DNA of 248,000 nt from Wallemia ichthyophaga EXF-994 (lineage: Eukaryota; Fungi; Basidiomycota), in NCBI RefSeq assembly GCF_000400465.1, contig NW_008806281.1, forward strand, positions 20,001 through 268,000. Direction: 5' to 3'. Shown here in pieces: positions 192,023 through 204,890 of this stretch (within the stretch, counting starts at the first letter, position 1; the number at the start of each line of letters is the position of its first letter). Position numbers and translations under genes: made by a program. The notes beneath the pieces are model-generated. The model saw only the letters and a list, made by a program, of their open reading frames with translations. It was not told the DNA's origin and searched no databases.

Positions 192023-194221
192023 CTAAGCAGCCGCAATGGATCTCTTCACCCAACCTTCGAGACCACCCGCTGTCCAAATATCCTGCACGGCGGTACCAAC
192101 TCTAGGAGCTATGTAAGATTTGACGACGTTGCGGTCCGCGTCGACGACCTCAATGAGTCCATCAGCGGTAGAAACACGGACATTCCACCCAGTATGCACC
192201 GTCTGTTCACCATTACGACCACCCATACCGCGTTGATTATCTGGAGTGAATTTGCTAGTCATATCCTCAATCAACTCGGGACACTCGACGACGATGAGGC
192301 CGTTATTGATGGCATTACGGCGGTACACATCACCGAAACTTCCGCCGAGAACGAGAGGGATACCGGCATTAAGCAGGGCTGTTGCGGCTTGTTCGCGTGA
192401 TGAGCCTGTACCAAAGTTGAAACCGGAGGCGAGGACGACGCCGGAGTGTGTGGACGTATTGTCATTAACCCTGCTACTCGACTCACGCTCATGCAGCTTC
192501 TTCACCACTCCCGCAAACGACACGTCGTAGTTCTCCATGACCACCTCGGCCTGTTTGGCAGCGGTGATATCGTCCTGGTATGTGTATTTGCCGGGATACA
192601 TCCCATCCGTGGTGAGGTTATCCTGAGGGGCGAAGAGAAGTGGGCCTTCGAACATGGCTGGGAAGCCTGGCAGGAGTGGTTCCTTTGGAATGTTTTGGTT
192701 AACGTTTTGTGTTGTGCTCTCCTCCTTCTCACCACCATTTTCAATACTCCATTCGGGTTTATTGCTCGTGCTGAGGTGGAGATTATCGTGGAGTCCAGTA
192801 CCGGTGATATGCCCATTGATAGCACTCGCCGCTACGACAGCAGGAGAAGCGAGGTAAGCGAGGGCATTAGGTGAGCCCATCCTGCCTTTATAGTTGCGGT
192901 TCGTAGCGCTAATACCGACCTCGCCATCTTCGAGCAACCCAACACCTAGGCCAATACAAGGGCCGCAACCAGCCGGAAGAGGGCGGGCACCGGCATCTAG
193001 CAGTGTCTGCCAATCACCGCTCATCTCGCTATCCTTCTGCACGACTGAGGATGCAGCAGCGATGTAGAATTGCACACCCTCCGCCACTTGTCGTCCACGC
193101 ACAACCGCCGCCGCAGCTGCTATATCAGACGCACGACTATTGGTGCAGCTCACCAAATACGCCTTGTCGATCTTGACAGAGCGCTCTTGTAACACAGGCA
193201 GCGGCGTCGATACTTTCACCGAGTTGGGGCCGGATACGTGCGGCACAAGCGTGTCGAGTTGGAGAGAGAGGTGGGCGGCGTATTGCGCGTCATCGTCAGC
193301 ACGCAGGACATTACCAGCCAACGCGCGGATCCTGTCGCTGTTGATGCGCGGGTGCGGGCTGCCGGGTTGGTGGCCAGCGGAGGGAGCGAGGGCGGAGAAC
193401 ACCCCAAGATCGAGCTTCTTCGCCTGTGCTTCGTACCAAGCAAGTGTATGCTCGTCGACGGGGAACACCCCAGCCAGTGCCCCCCATTCGGTGGTCATGT
193501 TCGCAATGGCGAGACGCTCGTCGATGGATAGCATGGATACACCGTCACCGACAAACTCAATGACGCTGTTGAGCACCTCGTCGTGGTTGAAAGTGCCGCA
193601 GAGCGCAACTATTACATCCTTTCCACTGACGCCCGGCTGCAGACTGCCCTTCAACTCTACTTTGACGACGGGAGGTACTTGCCACCAGGTGCGTTGGGTT
193701 GCCCAGATGGCAGCAGCGTCTGTGCGCACTATCGGTGTTCCCAGACAGCCTACACCGCCGTACATGTTAGAATGGCTATCACTGGCTACGACTAGCGACT
193801 GTGGCCACGCGTACCCCTCCTCGATGAGGATTTGGTGACCTATTCCCCTCCCGGCTGGATAGAAATCTACACCGTGTTTATTCGCAAAGGCCTCGATTTT
193901 AGCGTACTTTTCCAAGTTCTTGTCAGATTTGTTCTGTACATCGTGGTCTATAGTGAAAACGGGTTGTCGGGGATTCGAGAAGCTGGTGGCGCCGATAGCA
194001 GCGAATTTGGAAATGACGGGACCAGTGTTATCGTGTGTCATGATATGCTGTGGCTTGATCATGACGTAGTCACCAGATCTCACAGGCTTTGTAGGAGTGG
194101 TGTACTGGCTGACGATCTTCTCGACGAGGGATTGGCGTTGGAGGGGAGTGGGAGAAGTGGAAATGAGTCTGTGAGTGTGTTTCCCGTAATTAGTAAATCT
194201 TCTTCCAAATCCACCAATCAT
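192023..194221 (-). CDS. LYS4: Homoaconitase
   Basis: DSHSNMYGG; SCTNSR; GCGPCIG; GSSREQA. Confidence 0.95.
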   Translation of the reverse strand: MIGGFGRRFTNYGKHTHRLISTSPTPLQRQSLVEKIVSQYTTPTKPVRSGDYVMIKPQHIMTHDNTGPVISKFAAIGATSFSNPRQPVFTIDHDVQNKSDKNLEKYAKIEAFANKHGVDFYPAGRGIGHQILIEEGYAWPQSLVVASDSHSNMYGGVGCLGTPIVRTDAAAIWATQRTWWQVPPVVKVELKGSLQPGVSGKDVIVALCGTFNHDEVLNSVIEFVGDGVSMLSIDERLAIANMTTEWGALAGVFPVDEHTLAWYEAQAKKLDLGVFSALAPSAGHQPGSPHPRINSDRIRALAGNVLRADDDAQYAAHLSLQLDTLVPHVSGPNSVKVSTPLPVLQERSVKIDKAYLVSCTNSRASDIAAAAAVVRGRQVAEGVQFYIAAASSVVQKDSEMSGDWQTLLDAGARPLPAGCGPCIGLGVGLLEDGEVGISATNRNYKGRMGSPNALAYLASPAVVAASAINGHITGTGLHDNLHLSTSNKPEWSIENGGEKEESTTQNVNQNIPKEPLLPGFPAMFEGPLLFAPQDNLTTDGMYPGKYTYQDDITAAKQAEVVMENYDVSFAGVVKKLHERESSSRVNDNTSTHSGVVLASGFNFGTGSSREQAATALLNAGIPLVLGGSFGDVYRRNAINNGLIVVECPELIEDMTSKFTPDNQRGMGGRNGEQTVHTGWNVRVSTADGLIEVVDADRNVVKSYIAPRVGTAVQDIWTAGGLEGWVKRSIAAA

Positions 194222-194270
194222 TTCATTAATAATTCCTCAAGATGGTTGTTGATCCGCTACAACCAACAAA

Positions 194271-194960
194271 ATGCTCAAAGAGGTGGAATCAGCTGAAGAA
194301 TTTCAATCGTTATTGTCCAACAACCTCAATGGATTGAGCGTACTCAATTTCTGGGCTCCTTGGGCAGATCCATGCACTCAGATGAACGTTGTAGCCCGCG
194401 AACTGAGTGAGAAGCACACCGCTGTGCTATTCCTCAACATTGAAGCCGAATCTCTGCCCGATATCTCGGAAACATTCGATATTGAAGCTGTACCTTGTTT
194501 TGTGCTGCTTAGAGGTCACACTCTGTTGGATAGAATAAGTGGCGCAAACGCTGCTTTACTCGCACAGACAGTACAGAAACACTCCACCTTATCAAACAAC
194601 AACTCCTCTCAATCCACTACTAGCCAGCCTCCTCAGCCACCACTGCCCGTTGAGACCGAGGATCAGCTCAACTCGAGGTGCAACTCCATCATGAACCAAT
194701 CAGACGTCGTCTTATTCATGAAAGGGGATCCTCAAACTCCACGCTGTGGCTTCTCCAAACAGACTGTCGCTTTGTTGAGGGAACAAGGCATTCAATTCAC
194801 TCATTTTGATATTCTCCAGGATGAGAGTGTCAGGCAGAATCTCAAGAAACTCAATGATTGGCCAACATTCCCCCAAATTATCGTAAAGGGCGAACTCATC
194901 GGTGGTCTAGACATACTACGTGAAATGGTTGAAAATGGTGAAATGAAGCAGTTAGTTTGA
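194271..194960 (+). CDS. GRX4: Monothiol glutaredoxin with Trx domain
   Basis: WAPWADPC; CGFS; WPTFPQ. Confidence 0.94.
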   Translation: MLKEVESAEEFQSLLSNNLNGLSVLNFWAPWADPCTQMNVVARELSEKHTAVLFLNIEAESLPDISETFDIEAVPCFVLLRGHTLLDRISGANAALLAQTVQKHSTLSNNNSSQSTTSQPPQPPLPVETEDQLNSRCNSIMNQSDVVLFMKGDPQTPRCGFSKQTVALLREQGIQFTHFDILQDESVRQNLKKLNDWPTFPQIIVKGELIGGLDILREMVENGEMKQLV

Positions 194961-195025
194961 GTTTGTGATACGTTATTTATACACTTAGTTGGTTTAATAT
195001 TACATTTGAACATTTTCACCCCTTC

Positions 195026-196245
195026 TCACTCTACTAACACCTGCTTCAATACTGCTGTGCGTATCCATTTCCTGCGACGCGTGTAACATCCCATACCATT
195101 CTTTGAACTCCATCTCTCCCATTGGTTGTCTCCATACGACCAGCCATTCTGATCAACACCATCTGCAGTACCCATTTCCTGGTTAGATCCAGCGATAGCA
195201 TCTATTGAAGACCTCGTTGGTGGATCTTTGTCGACACTTTTCTGTTTTGTCTCAGTGGGTGCCTGCGCAGAATGTCTGTTAAACTTAGCCAAGCCCTGTT
195301 TAAGAGCTTTTTCAGCACCCGATCTATCTACAGAGAAGGAGTGAGTAGAATTATCACCCTTGTCATCGTCTTCAGAGGGAATATTTGGGAGAGGGAGTAT
195401 TTTCACAGGTTTATTTTGTCCGGGAGTGGTAACCATCCAAGACTCATCTAACCAGGACCACGTGTAAACTATTTTGTCATTGGTTGATGTATCCTGGGGT
195501 AAGTTGAAAGTGTTAGGTGGCAAGACGGGATCTAGATTGCTGTCTGACCTGAAGTGAATGTGAGTGCGGGTGTAAGACTAAGCACAAATCCAACTAACCA
195601 AGTAGGTCTCTCGCCAGGAAGTAAAGCGTGTGTCCAATCAAGACCCATCCACCATCTTTGATTTTCGTATATCTCAAAACGAAACATGGTATCTTTAGAT
195701 TTACTCTTGTTACGTTTGAGAGTGTTTAGTTTGTCTTTAACCAGGGTAATGAAAGGGATGCGCTTGTCTTTGAGGGAGTATTGGCTGTTGAAGCTGTCTA
195801 GAATGACGTAAATCTCGGGGTTGTTGACTAGAAACAGGCAAGTGAAGGAGAATGAATAGAAAAAGCGTGTGGGGAGGATTAATCTGAGGAAAGCAGCAAC
195901 AGCCACAGCAATAGAAGATTGAGTAAAGGTGTAACAACCAAACTTAAACTGATTTAAACCAATATTGATCTTCTGAAGATGGATAATTGATTGATTGATA
196001 TCTTTATCGGTTTTAGTGGGTTTCTGAGTGGATTCAAATAGGCCAAAGAATAAGAAAGTCATTGCTGCTAATAATTCAACCCAATTGAAATAAAGAATAG
196101 CCAAATTCACAGCCAATAGAAAGATGAAGCTGTTTACCTTGTTATTGTATTGAAGAATATCGATTATGTTTGAAATATATCCCAGTGTATTTGTGTATTC
196201 TATTAGTAAATTCTGCAGCTCTTCTTCTCCACTGCCAATTTTCAT
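195026..196245 (-). CDS. Pex24/Pex30-family peroxin
   Basis: YENQRWWMGLDW; GWSYGDN..TRRRKW. Confidence 0.8.
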
Positions 196246-196270
196246 CGTTGTAGTTTCTAATCAAACGACC

Positions 196271-197516
196271 ATGTCTGAATCATCATCAGAATTATCAAAT
196301 ATAACCCAAGAAGCACATCGACTTGTTTCTATTGGAAATTATAACGAAGCATCTAACAAATATTCTGACGCTTTAGAGATTGTACGCGATACTCACGGTG
196401 AATTGTCTGTTGAATCAGCTGCACTCCTCCTCAAATACGCTGAATCTCTCTACCTACACGCTGTATCCCAATCTGACGTCATTGGTAAATCTGATGAGGC
196501 AGGCGACACGGCAGATACGGCAGACGCGGCAAATGCAGCACACACAGCACACACTCCAAGCACAAGCAATGCAAGCACTGCAAACACTGCAAACACAGAC
196601 AATCTCATTCAGCTATCTGACGACGACGACGACGACGACAACGACGATCAAGGCGATGACGACAACCAGCCTGAACAAGACCCCGACCACTCCAACGAAG
196701 ACACCCCCGACGACGACTTCGGTGCTGCATGGGAAGTTGCCGACCTTGCCAAAGTTATCTACCAAAAGTTAGACGGCGATAACAACAAACTCTGTCTCGC
196801 AGATGCACACATGCTTCTTGGTGACATAGCACTCGAGTTGGAGACATTCGAAGCAGCCGCACTCGAATACAGCAGCTCGCTCGAGATTAAGAAACTAATT
196901 CTCAACCCGACTTCGCGAGTACTCGCAGAAGCGCATTTCAAGCTTGCCATTAGCTATGAGCTTGTACCAGGCCATGTCAGACGCGATACTGCACTCGTGC
197001 ATGTCCAAGATGCCAAAGAGGTGCTCGATGGGCGTCTTGGCGAGTTGAAAAAGCGCGTTGAAAGTGGTGCACCTGTGGAGGTGTCGGGTGAGAATGAAAA
197101 CAATGACAAACCCGCACTTAGAGAACGCGTTGAGAGATTGTCAATCGAGGATGCCACCAAAGAGATTAAAGACATCGAGGAACTCATCGGTGATCTTAGA
197201 GAAAAGGTTGGTTTACATTGTATCACACACACCCTTCTAACTAGTTCAATAGATTGCCGAACTCGAACAACCCCCTCCTCCAGCTTCTGAAGACCCTTCC
197301 AAATCTACTGTCGATGTCCTTGTCGCTGAAATGGATAAGGCTAAACAATCTGTCGCTAGCGACGCCCCCGTGAATGTACTCCAACCCAAGAAAAAGCAGG
197401 ACAAGAGGAAAGCCGAAGATCAACCTGCGAGCGAGGCTGACAAGAAGGTGAAGAGTGACCCTCACGCTCACCCAGGCAAAAAAACAGAAACAGAAAACGA
197501 AGAAACTCCAAACTAG
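196271..197516 (+). CDS. NASP/Sim3 histone chaperone
   Basis: SHNi-TPR DDFGAAWEVADLAK. Confidence 0.85.
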
Positions 197517-197564
197517 CACAGATATATCACTGAAACTATTTATGTTATACAAAAATAACCCCAT

Positions 197565-198981
197565 TCAATACCAAGGTTGACGATTATCCGTGATTGCATT
197601 ATGAGTGAATGATTTACCACCCTCCCCAAATTCGCCTACGATGTGACCATTGTCTGCAATACTCCTGAGTATGTATTTGTATATAACCAGTCCCTCTAAA
197701 CCGACAGGACCTCTAGCGTGAGTTTTGCCAGTGGCTACACCAAATTCAGCGCCAAATCCATACCTAAACCCATCAGCGAATCTAGTCGAAACGTTGACAT
197801 AGCACCCAGCGCTGCCAACGCCCTTCATCCAGGTGTTCTTGTTGGTGCTGTTTTCAGTAACAATACAATCTGTGTGATGGGAGCCGTGAGTGTTGACGTG
197901 CACGATAGCCTCGTTTATGCTGTCGACAACCTTTACTGATATCTCGTAATCGAGCCACTCAGTGTGGTAGTCGGTATCTGTGGAGAGCAAGAGCTGACTG
198001 GAAAATTGCTGATGAACATCTTTGGAGATATTCTCAAACGACGTCTGATCGCAGTGCATAGTCACTGGATTCTTATTCTTCAACAGCGCCAAAGCTATAG
198101 TGTCCAAATTGCTCAGTTGAGAGCGGTGCAGGAGGAGAGTTTCGGTGGCGTTACAAACACTTGGATAGTCTGTTTTAGAGTCGACTACTACGCGCACTGC
198201 CTTATTGAGATCTGCAAATTGATCGACATAGACGGAGCAAATTCCATCTGCATGACCCATAACGGGAATTCTGCTATTCTCTTTAATACTCTGAACCAAC
198301 GCTTTTCCACCTCTAGGAACGACAAGATCGATATATTTGTCGAGATGAAGGAGACTACTAACCTCGTCGCGAGTGTTGATAGTCTGGATGAGGTGAGGGA
198401 GAAGTTGAGTGCGTGATTTGAGTGCCTCTTGTATCACGCTGTTTAGTATTTGAGATGTGTGTTTCGATTCTTTACCGCCCTTGAGTATCGCCGCGTTACC
198501 CGATTTGATAGAGAGTGCAGCGACGTTGACGACGACTTCTGGACGTGATTCGAATATCACCAAGAGCACGCCAATTGGACACGCGACTCTGTACAACTCC
198601 AGCTCATCATCCAATTCAACAGCATAGCTAATCTTGTCGTTAGGATCATCGAGCGAGGCTATTTCCTCGAGTGATTGGATGATGCCGTTGAATTTGGTAT
198701 CGTTGTTCAACGCCAGCCTGCGCATCGATGGCGCTGATAGCTTGCCTTGTTCGACCAGTGTAGCTGCTTCCTGTGGGTGGAATTGGCTGGCATTTAACAC
198801 AAATTACACCCAAACACACCTTCAAATCACGCTCGTTTGCTGCATAAACCTCCTCTTTGCGGTGTTGTAGCTCGTCGCGTATCGCTAGCAGCGCATTCGA
198901 GCGCTGGGTAGACTCAAGTAACTGTGAAGCATCGAAAGCTTCCTTGGCTTTGTAACCGAGTAATTCTGCATTATCTGACAT
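197565..198981 (-). CDS. PRO2: Gamma-glutamyl phosphate reductase
   Basis: IFESRP; CNATET; GPVGLEGL. Confidence 0.94.
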
Positions 198982-199016
198982 TCTCCGTTCTTCTCTCTTC
199001 ACAGTCCACGTTGAGG

Positions 199017-199511
199017 ATGTTGGGCGGGATATTGAGAAGAAATATCAGTCGCAGTGTTGGATGCAGCTACAGAGCTGCCACTGCATTCCCAAAGCTCACC
199101 AGACCATTCACGCACTCCCCCACACGCTTTCACAAAATACCTACCGACGGTACATCCACCCCGATAGGCCATGTCGATCCACGCCTTCAAATAAGCTTCA
199201 CTTGCACCGTCAAAGATTGCGGCGAAAGATCCACCCACGAATTCGCCAAGAGCAGCTACACCAAGGTGGGTTTGTCACCGTCACGTCATTCTTACTCGCT
199301 GCTTACACCCAACTCACAGGGCATCGTTATTGTTCAGTGTCCGGGCTGCAGCAATCGCCATCTCATCGCTGATAACCTTGGCTGGTTCAAACAGCCCGAT
199401 ACAGCCCAAGGAGAGCTGCGCACCGTCGAAGATCTCATGCGCGCTAAAGGCGAAAAGGTACGCAGGGGTGTTTTACAACAAGGTGGTGAAACTATAGAGT
199501 TTTCTGATTGA
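199017..199511 (+). CDS. ZIM17: DNL zinc-finger mitochondrial chaperone
   Basis: FTCTVKDC..CPGCSNRHLIADNL. Confidence 0.9.
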   Translation: MLGGILRRNISRSVGCSYRAATAFPKLTRPFTHSPTRFHKIPTDGTSTPIGHVDPRLQISFTCTVKDCGERSTHEFAKSSYTKVGLSPSRHSYSLLTPNSQGIVIVQCPGCSNRHLIADNLGWFKQPDTAQGELRTVEDLMRAKGEKVRRGVLQQGGETIEFSD

Positions 199512-199530
199512 CTTGGTCCCTCGTTCTTGC

Positions 199531-200708
199531 TTATATTCTCTGTCTCGATGTATATGTCTCCATTCCACTGCTCTTATCTGTCTGGCTGCGACAGAACTTG
199601 AGTACCAGCCGCTCTAGCTCCTTGCTGTCTCCGAGGTCTTGAATAAAGGGTATGAGATCAGCAGCAAACCATTTGCCACGCATCTTGAACAACTCCTGGA
199701 ATCGTGTAGACGGTGCTTTGGAGAGGGAGGAAGAGGTGAAAAACTTGACTCTACCTGCTTCTATGAGGTAGGAGCCTTTGAGAAGGTCTAGTGAGCAGTA
199801 CGATGACAGCTCGTAGCCCACTCTTTCTTTCCAGTCGTCGATGAATGTTTCGAAAGGCGTGGGGTGTTTGTGAGTCTTCAAAATGCACACGCCCATCTCC
199901 TTGACAAATGCGTTTATATCGAGCGATGTAGGAGTGCTCATAAACCAGTCCATGACAGTATCTGTGTATTGTTTATCTACGTTGTGCTCCTCGTGTACCT
200001 TCTCCACCACCCTCTGTTTGTCCAAGTTAGTCATGGACATTCCCAGCAACTCGAGTGTATTCGCTATGAGATCGAGAGTGCGCATCAGGCATTCAGCATC
200101 TACCGGTCTGTACTCTCCGTTGTAGTGCACTATCTTGCGTGCTGTCAGAGCGTGTCTCATTTCCTCATCACTCGCTTGGATCGAGCTGCTCAAACGCTTG
200201 TAATCATATCGCAGGCTGCTATCGACGTCTCTATCTTTGTCTGTCTGTGTAGAGTGTGTTAGTGGCGGTCTTACTAGCTCATCCCGTCCTACACACATTA
200301 GACTCAGTTGGATCGAGTAAAACGCGATGTGAGAGTATTTGATCGAGTTTGTCCATATTTGGTATACACTTGTGTGTTTCGAGTATTTCATGGAATGTGT
200401 TTACTATGTGTGTATCGTGTGTATCGTGTGTATCGTGTGTATCGCGTTCAAGCAGCGTCAGGCTGTTGGAATGCATTCTATTCTTCAGCAGGTAAGTATT
200501 AGAGTTGCTACATAACACAGCATCCTCATCTCCGTCGCCTTTGAATTCCAAACTAAACGAGAAGTACGGTGAGTGATATAGCCAGCCAAAAACCACGCGA
200601 CACGCACACTTGTTGCTTTTCTAGCGCCTCCACCAGCTCATTATCTAATTCGAGTAGCTTGAACTCATTTTTATTCTTATCATTTAATCCCGTTGATATC
200701 CTTATCAT
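199531..200708 (-). CDS. DCC1: Sister chromatid cohesion protein
   Basis: FKLLEL; AVLCS..TY; IQASDEE; RFQELF..W. Confidence 0.85.
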
Positions 200709-200731
200709 TTTGAGTGTTTCCTTCAAGCCCC

Positions 200732-201976
200732 ATGCAACAGCCACCTCAGCGTAGAATATTTACAGAGAACGATTTACACCTGTGGTGCACATCGAAGGCA
200801 TACACTGGATTGACTGCGTTTATTGTCGAGCTCAATGAAGCTGTGGTGGATAAGTCCATGGATTTGGACAGCACTGGGAAATCAGAACTAGATTCAGAAT
200901 CAGATAGCCCGATTAACAACCTACTCTCCCTCATCCAAACTACCGATAGCTGGATCGATGACATAACTCCAGTTGACAGCCCACAGCGATTCGGTAATAC
201001 GGCTTTCAGGGACTGGGGAAGGAGGTTGGAAGAGGTGAGTGTATGTATTTAATACTTAATAATCTAATTGTACCATCCACCACCAAAGAACGCAGCTCAA
201101 ATGTTAACTCCGCTACTTCCAAACAATAACCACACAGACGCACTAAACCAGATAACGCCCACCCTCCTAAATGCTTTCGGGTCTTTTGTCCGAATAGACT
201201 ATGGTACCGGCCACGAGTTATCATTCATCGTCGTCCTATACATGCTGAGACAAATCGGAGTGCTGAACTCGACGCACAACTATGAGCTAATCGCCAAAGT
201301 ATTTGTCAACTACTGGAAAACAGTAACACGTCTTCAAATCACCTACAAACTTGAACCAGCAGGCAGCCACGGCGTGTGGGGATTAGACGACTACTGTTTC
201401 ATGCCCTACATCTTCGGTTCGGCGCAGATAAGGAGCACTGACACGCCACCTTCCCGTCTCTTCCACCAGACAGACGCTTTCCCTGATACACACACCAATC
201501 TTTACGCCCGCGCTGTGTCCAATATACACCAATTCAAGAGCGGTCCGTGGCACGAACACTCGCCGCAGCTCTACAGCATCGCTCACACCGTCCCTAATTG
201601 GTTTAAAGTCAACAAAGGTTTATTTAAAATGTTCGATGCGGAGGTGTTGAAGAAGAGGGTCGTTGTCCAGCATTTGCTCTTCAGCTATCTCTTCCCTTTC
201701 GATAGTGATCCTGCGGCACAGCAAATCGATCACGGTGGGCTGCCTCTGTCGAGTGGGAGTGGTACTGGCACTAGCACTGGTATATCTACCGCTAGATTGC
201801 AGCACCAGCAAAATCACCAAACTCACAACCCTACACCCCGCTCACCTCACTCTGATACCCTCCTCCCTCCTCTTCTGTCGAGGAGCGAGAGGAAGAAACA
201901 GAAGGATACACTCGCTTCTTCCGGTTCTGCTGCTGCTTCTACGTCTCCATTCGGGGTGTTATCGAAACCATCTTGA
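200732..201976 (+). CDS. RRD1: PTPA phosphatase activator
   Basis: RFGN.AFR; RIDYGTGHE; GSHGVWGLDD. Confidence 0.9.
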
Positions 201977-202219
201977 TACTGTACTTTTATCCATGTTCGC
202001 TCGTCTTTATGCTTTACAAGATTATGTCACTTGAGTCATTTATCTAAGTCTACGTCATTTCGCACTTATAAGGATAATTTCTAATTTTACAAGGACATAG
202101 AATGGTAACCGCAATACTTGTCCATCCGAAAAGGAAAGGGAAGATGCGTTGGTATTTAATAGCTCCACGTGAATTCCCGCGAAACAGTCAATTGGTGTTA
202201 ATGTGATGTTCTTCTGATA

Positions 202220-202848
202220 TTACTGCTTCTGCTTCTGCTGCTGCTGCTGCTGCTGCTCTTGCATTTTCTCCTTCAAGGCTATCAAATCGTCGCGCTCATC
202301 GAGGTACCTCTGACAAGCATCCTTGAGTGACGCTGTACCAGTATCGATAGCATCCCAATTATCACGCAGCGAGGATATTTCGTCTTCTAACAAGCTCACT
202401 TTATTCAAAATATCTTCATGTACTTGCAACTCGCTGTTTAGTTTCTGTAGATGATTCTGATACTTTGATTCGTGTTCATTATCGATAGACTTCTCAATCT
202501 GCTCAAACCATTCGAGGTATTGCTGTGGAGTAGTGATGATTTCATTCTGCGTCTGATTATGCTCATTCTGAGGCGTGCCAGGTACTTCAAAGGGAGTGTT
202601 CAGATTTGGTGTTGCGCTTTTACTGATTTGCGATTTGTTCAGCTGACAAAGTAAACTAAGCAAATACTCTCCAACAAATCCCCACACTCACGCTTAGCTT
202701 TATCGGCAACGGTCGCTCGTATTCCGCACTGGCATTGGATAACACACTTAGGCTTTTGTTGGCTGTCGTGCTCAGCGGTGACTTGGATTCCCAAGCGTCG
202801 AGCGTCAGTGTGAGCGTCTTTGATGGTTTTTGCGTCGATTGCATCATC
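202220..202848 (-). CDS. COG3: COG3 (Sec34) N-terminal part only
   Basis: WESKSPL; QYLEWFEQIE; ends in poly-Q then stop. Confidence 0.55.
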
Positions 202849-202927
202849 GCTGGACGGTTGTTGAACGTTGGCTGGTGAGTGGCTAAATTGAGGTACAGCA
202901 TCAATTTGCACACTCATCACAGTTAAT

Positions 202928-204503
202928 ATGGTGGTGAATGCATTCTTGCTGCTCCAATTGCTCGGCATAGCTTTCGCCTTCAACTCAACCTCAAACTCAC
203001 TCACCTACCAACAGCGCACGGCTATAGCACCAAATGGAGTCAACGTTGCGTTCAACTCACCTGGAAACAACACTCAATACACTCCATCTGTTTACTACAG
203101 TACAAATGCTACAAATATCACAGAAAATGCCTCTGGGGAGAGTTTAATGTATAACACTGCTCTTTCCACTACGCATAAAGTGGGTCTCAGAAACCTGACG
203201 TCAGACTGCACATATTACTACCAAACATGTCTAAACGTCGATGGCGAGTGCGCGCGTTCAGAGGTGCTTTCTTTCAAATCGGCAGTCTCGCCTGGATTGA
203301 CTGGAGAAGAGTTCAAATTTGCTGTCTTAGGTGACATGGGTGTGATGGGACCGCTTGGTGGGTGCAGCAGATGTAGCAAGTGTAACAAGGTCAATCCTCT
203401 AACACGCACCCAGGTCTATCCACAGAAGCACCCTCTAAAGTCGACGATTTCGCTCGACTTGACCAAGGAGAGCGCTCAACGATGAAGGCTCTCATAGAAA
203501 ATAAAGACAAGTATCAACTCATCATACACAACGGGGACCACGCCTATGCCGACGATGTAGGCAAGGTGAGTGGAACGTATGTGTAAAATTTGCACCTCAG
203601 ACCAGCTCGCGACAGGAAATTACCGATGGATACATCTCAAATGCCCTTAATGACTCGCTTCTTGAGCAGATGAGTGAGACATACGAGCTCATTCTCGAGA
203701 TTTACTTCAACCAGACATCGCAGTTCGCTAGAAGCACTCCTTACATGGTAGGCCCGGGGAACCACGAGCAGCTGTTGACGGAAGGTCATAACTACACAGA
203801 TCCATGGACCAACGAACCTATCCTAGTTGACGACATTCCTAACGGACAGCGCAACTTTACTTTTTACAACAACCGCTTCTTTATGCCCTGTGAGAGTGGA
203901 GAATTGTGCAATTTCTGGTGGAGTGTCGAGGCAGGTCCAATGAAATTCATCCAACTCAACACGGAAACCGACCTGAAAGCTGGCATACCTCCAGTGGATA
204001 TCACACAAGATCCAGAGCAAAATAACCTCGCTGAACCTAATGCTCAAATTGAATTTTTGGAGAAGGAGCTCAACAGTACCGACAGATCAATCACGCCGTG
204101 GTTGATAGTAGGCGGACATAGACCGTGGTATGGCACATCGCCAGACTGTCCCGGATGTAAGGAATCTTTCGAAGAGCTGCTGGTCAAGTATGATGTGGAT
204201 CTCGTCATGCACGGCCATGTACATCTCTACGAGCGTTTGGCTCCTATCTCAAATGGGACAGTCGATAAAAAGGGTCTTGACAATCCAACTTCCCCTTGGT
204301 ATATAATCAATGGCGCGGCTGGCCATTACGATGGATTGGACGATATGCCAGAGGATGTTTCACCACAGTCTAGAAACATTATTCAGGGCGAATTTGGATA
204401 TGATGAGATCACGATTCATAATCGTACCCATCTCACACATTCATTCATCGTTTCGAAGAATGACACCCTTCTCGACACGCAAACCCTTTACAAATCACAT
204501 TAG
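202928..204503 (+). CDS. Secreted purple-acid-phosphatase-like metallophosphoesterase
   Basis: GDMG; GDHAYAD; GNHE; GHVH. Confidence 0.9.
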
Positions 204504-204890
204504 ATTGCTAAAGTATCATGGATTAAGATTTTCACCTGTTTCTTACTTTTATCTCTTTTGTAAATGTACCTTAATCTACACACAAACGCGAATCATAAAC
204601 AAAGGTGAATCCAATAGTAGATAACAAAGAATTAAGTAGACTGAGCAATTAAATAGTGAGTTGTGTCAACGGGTATGAGAAAGTGGATGTACAGATGTTG
204701 AGTGCTACGATGTCGTAAGTGTATTAAAAAGTAGTGTAAGCTCGGCCATCTCTTTCTTGCGGATTCGAGTTAATATAAATAGAGTAGTGTAGTGTAGTTA
204801 GTATATATATATATATATATATATATGGATGTGAAATTGCTCATTAGGTATTCGCATACCATTAATTAATCGCCTTTACTATATCTGATC

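Noticed and set aside
200731-200734. Overlapping start codons in a CATG palindrome (DCC1/RRD1)
   Set aside because: The minus-strand ATG there is out of frame with DCC1, whose ATG is at 200708
204800-204826. (TA)n run, and 9-bp repeats at ~211495-211535
   Set aside because: Ordinary microsatellites in intergenic or UTR sequence
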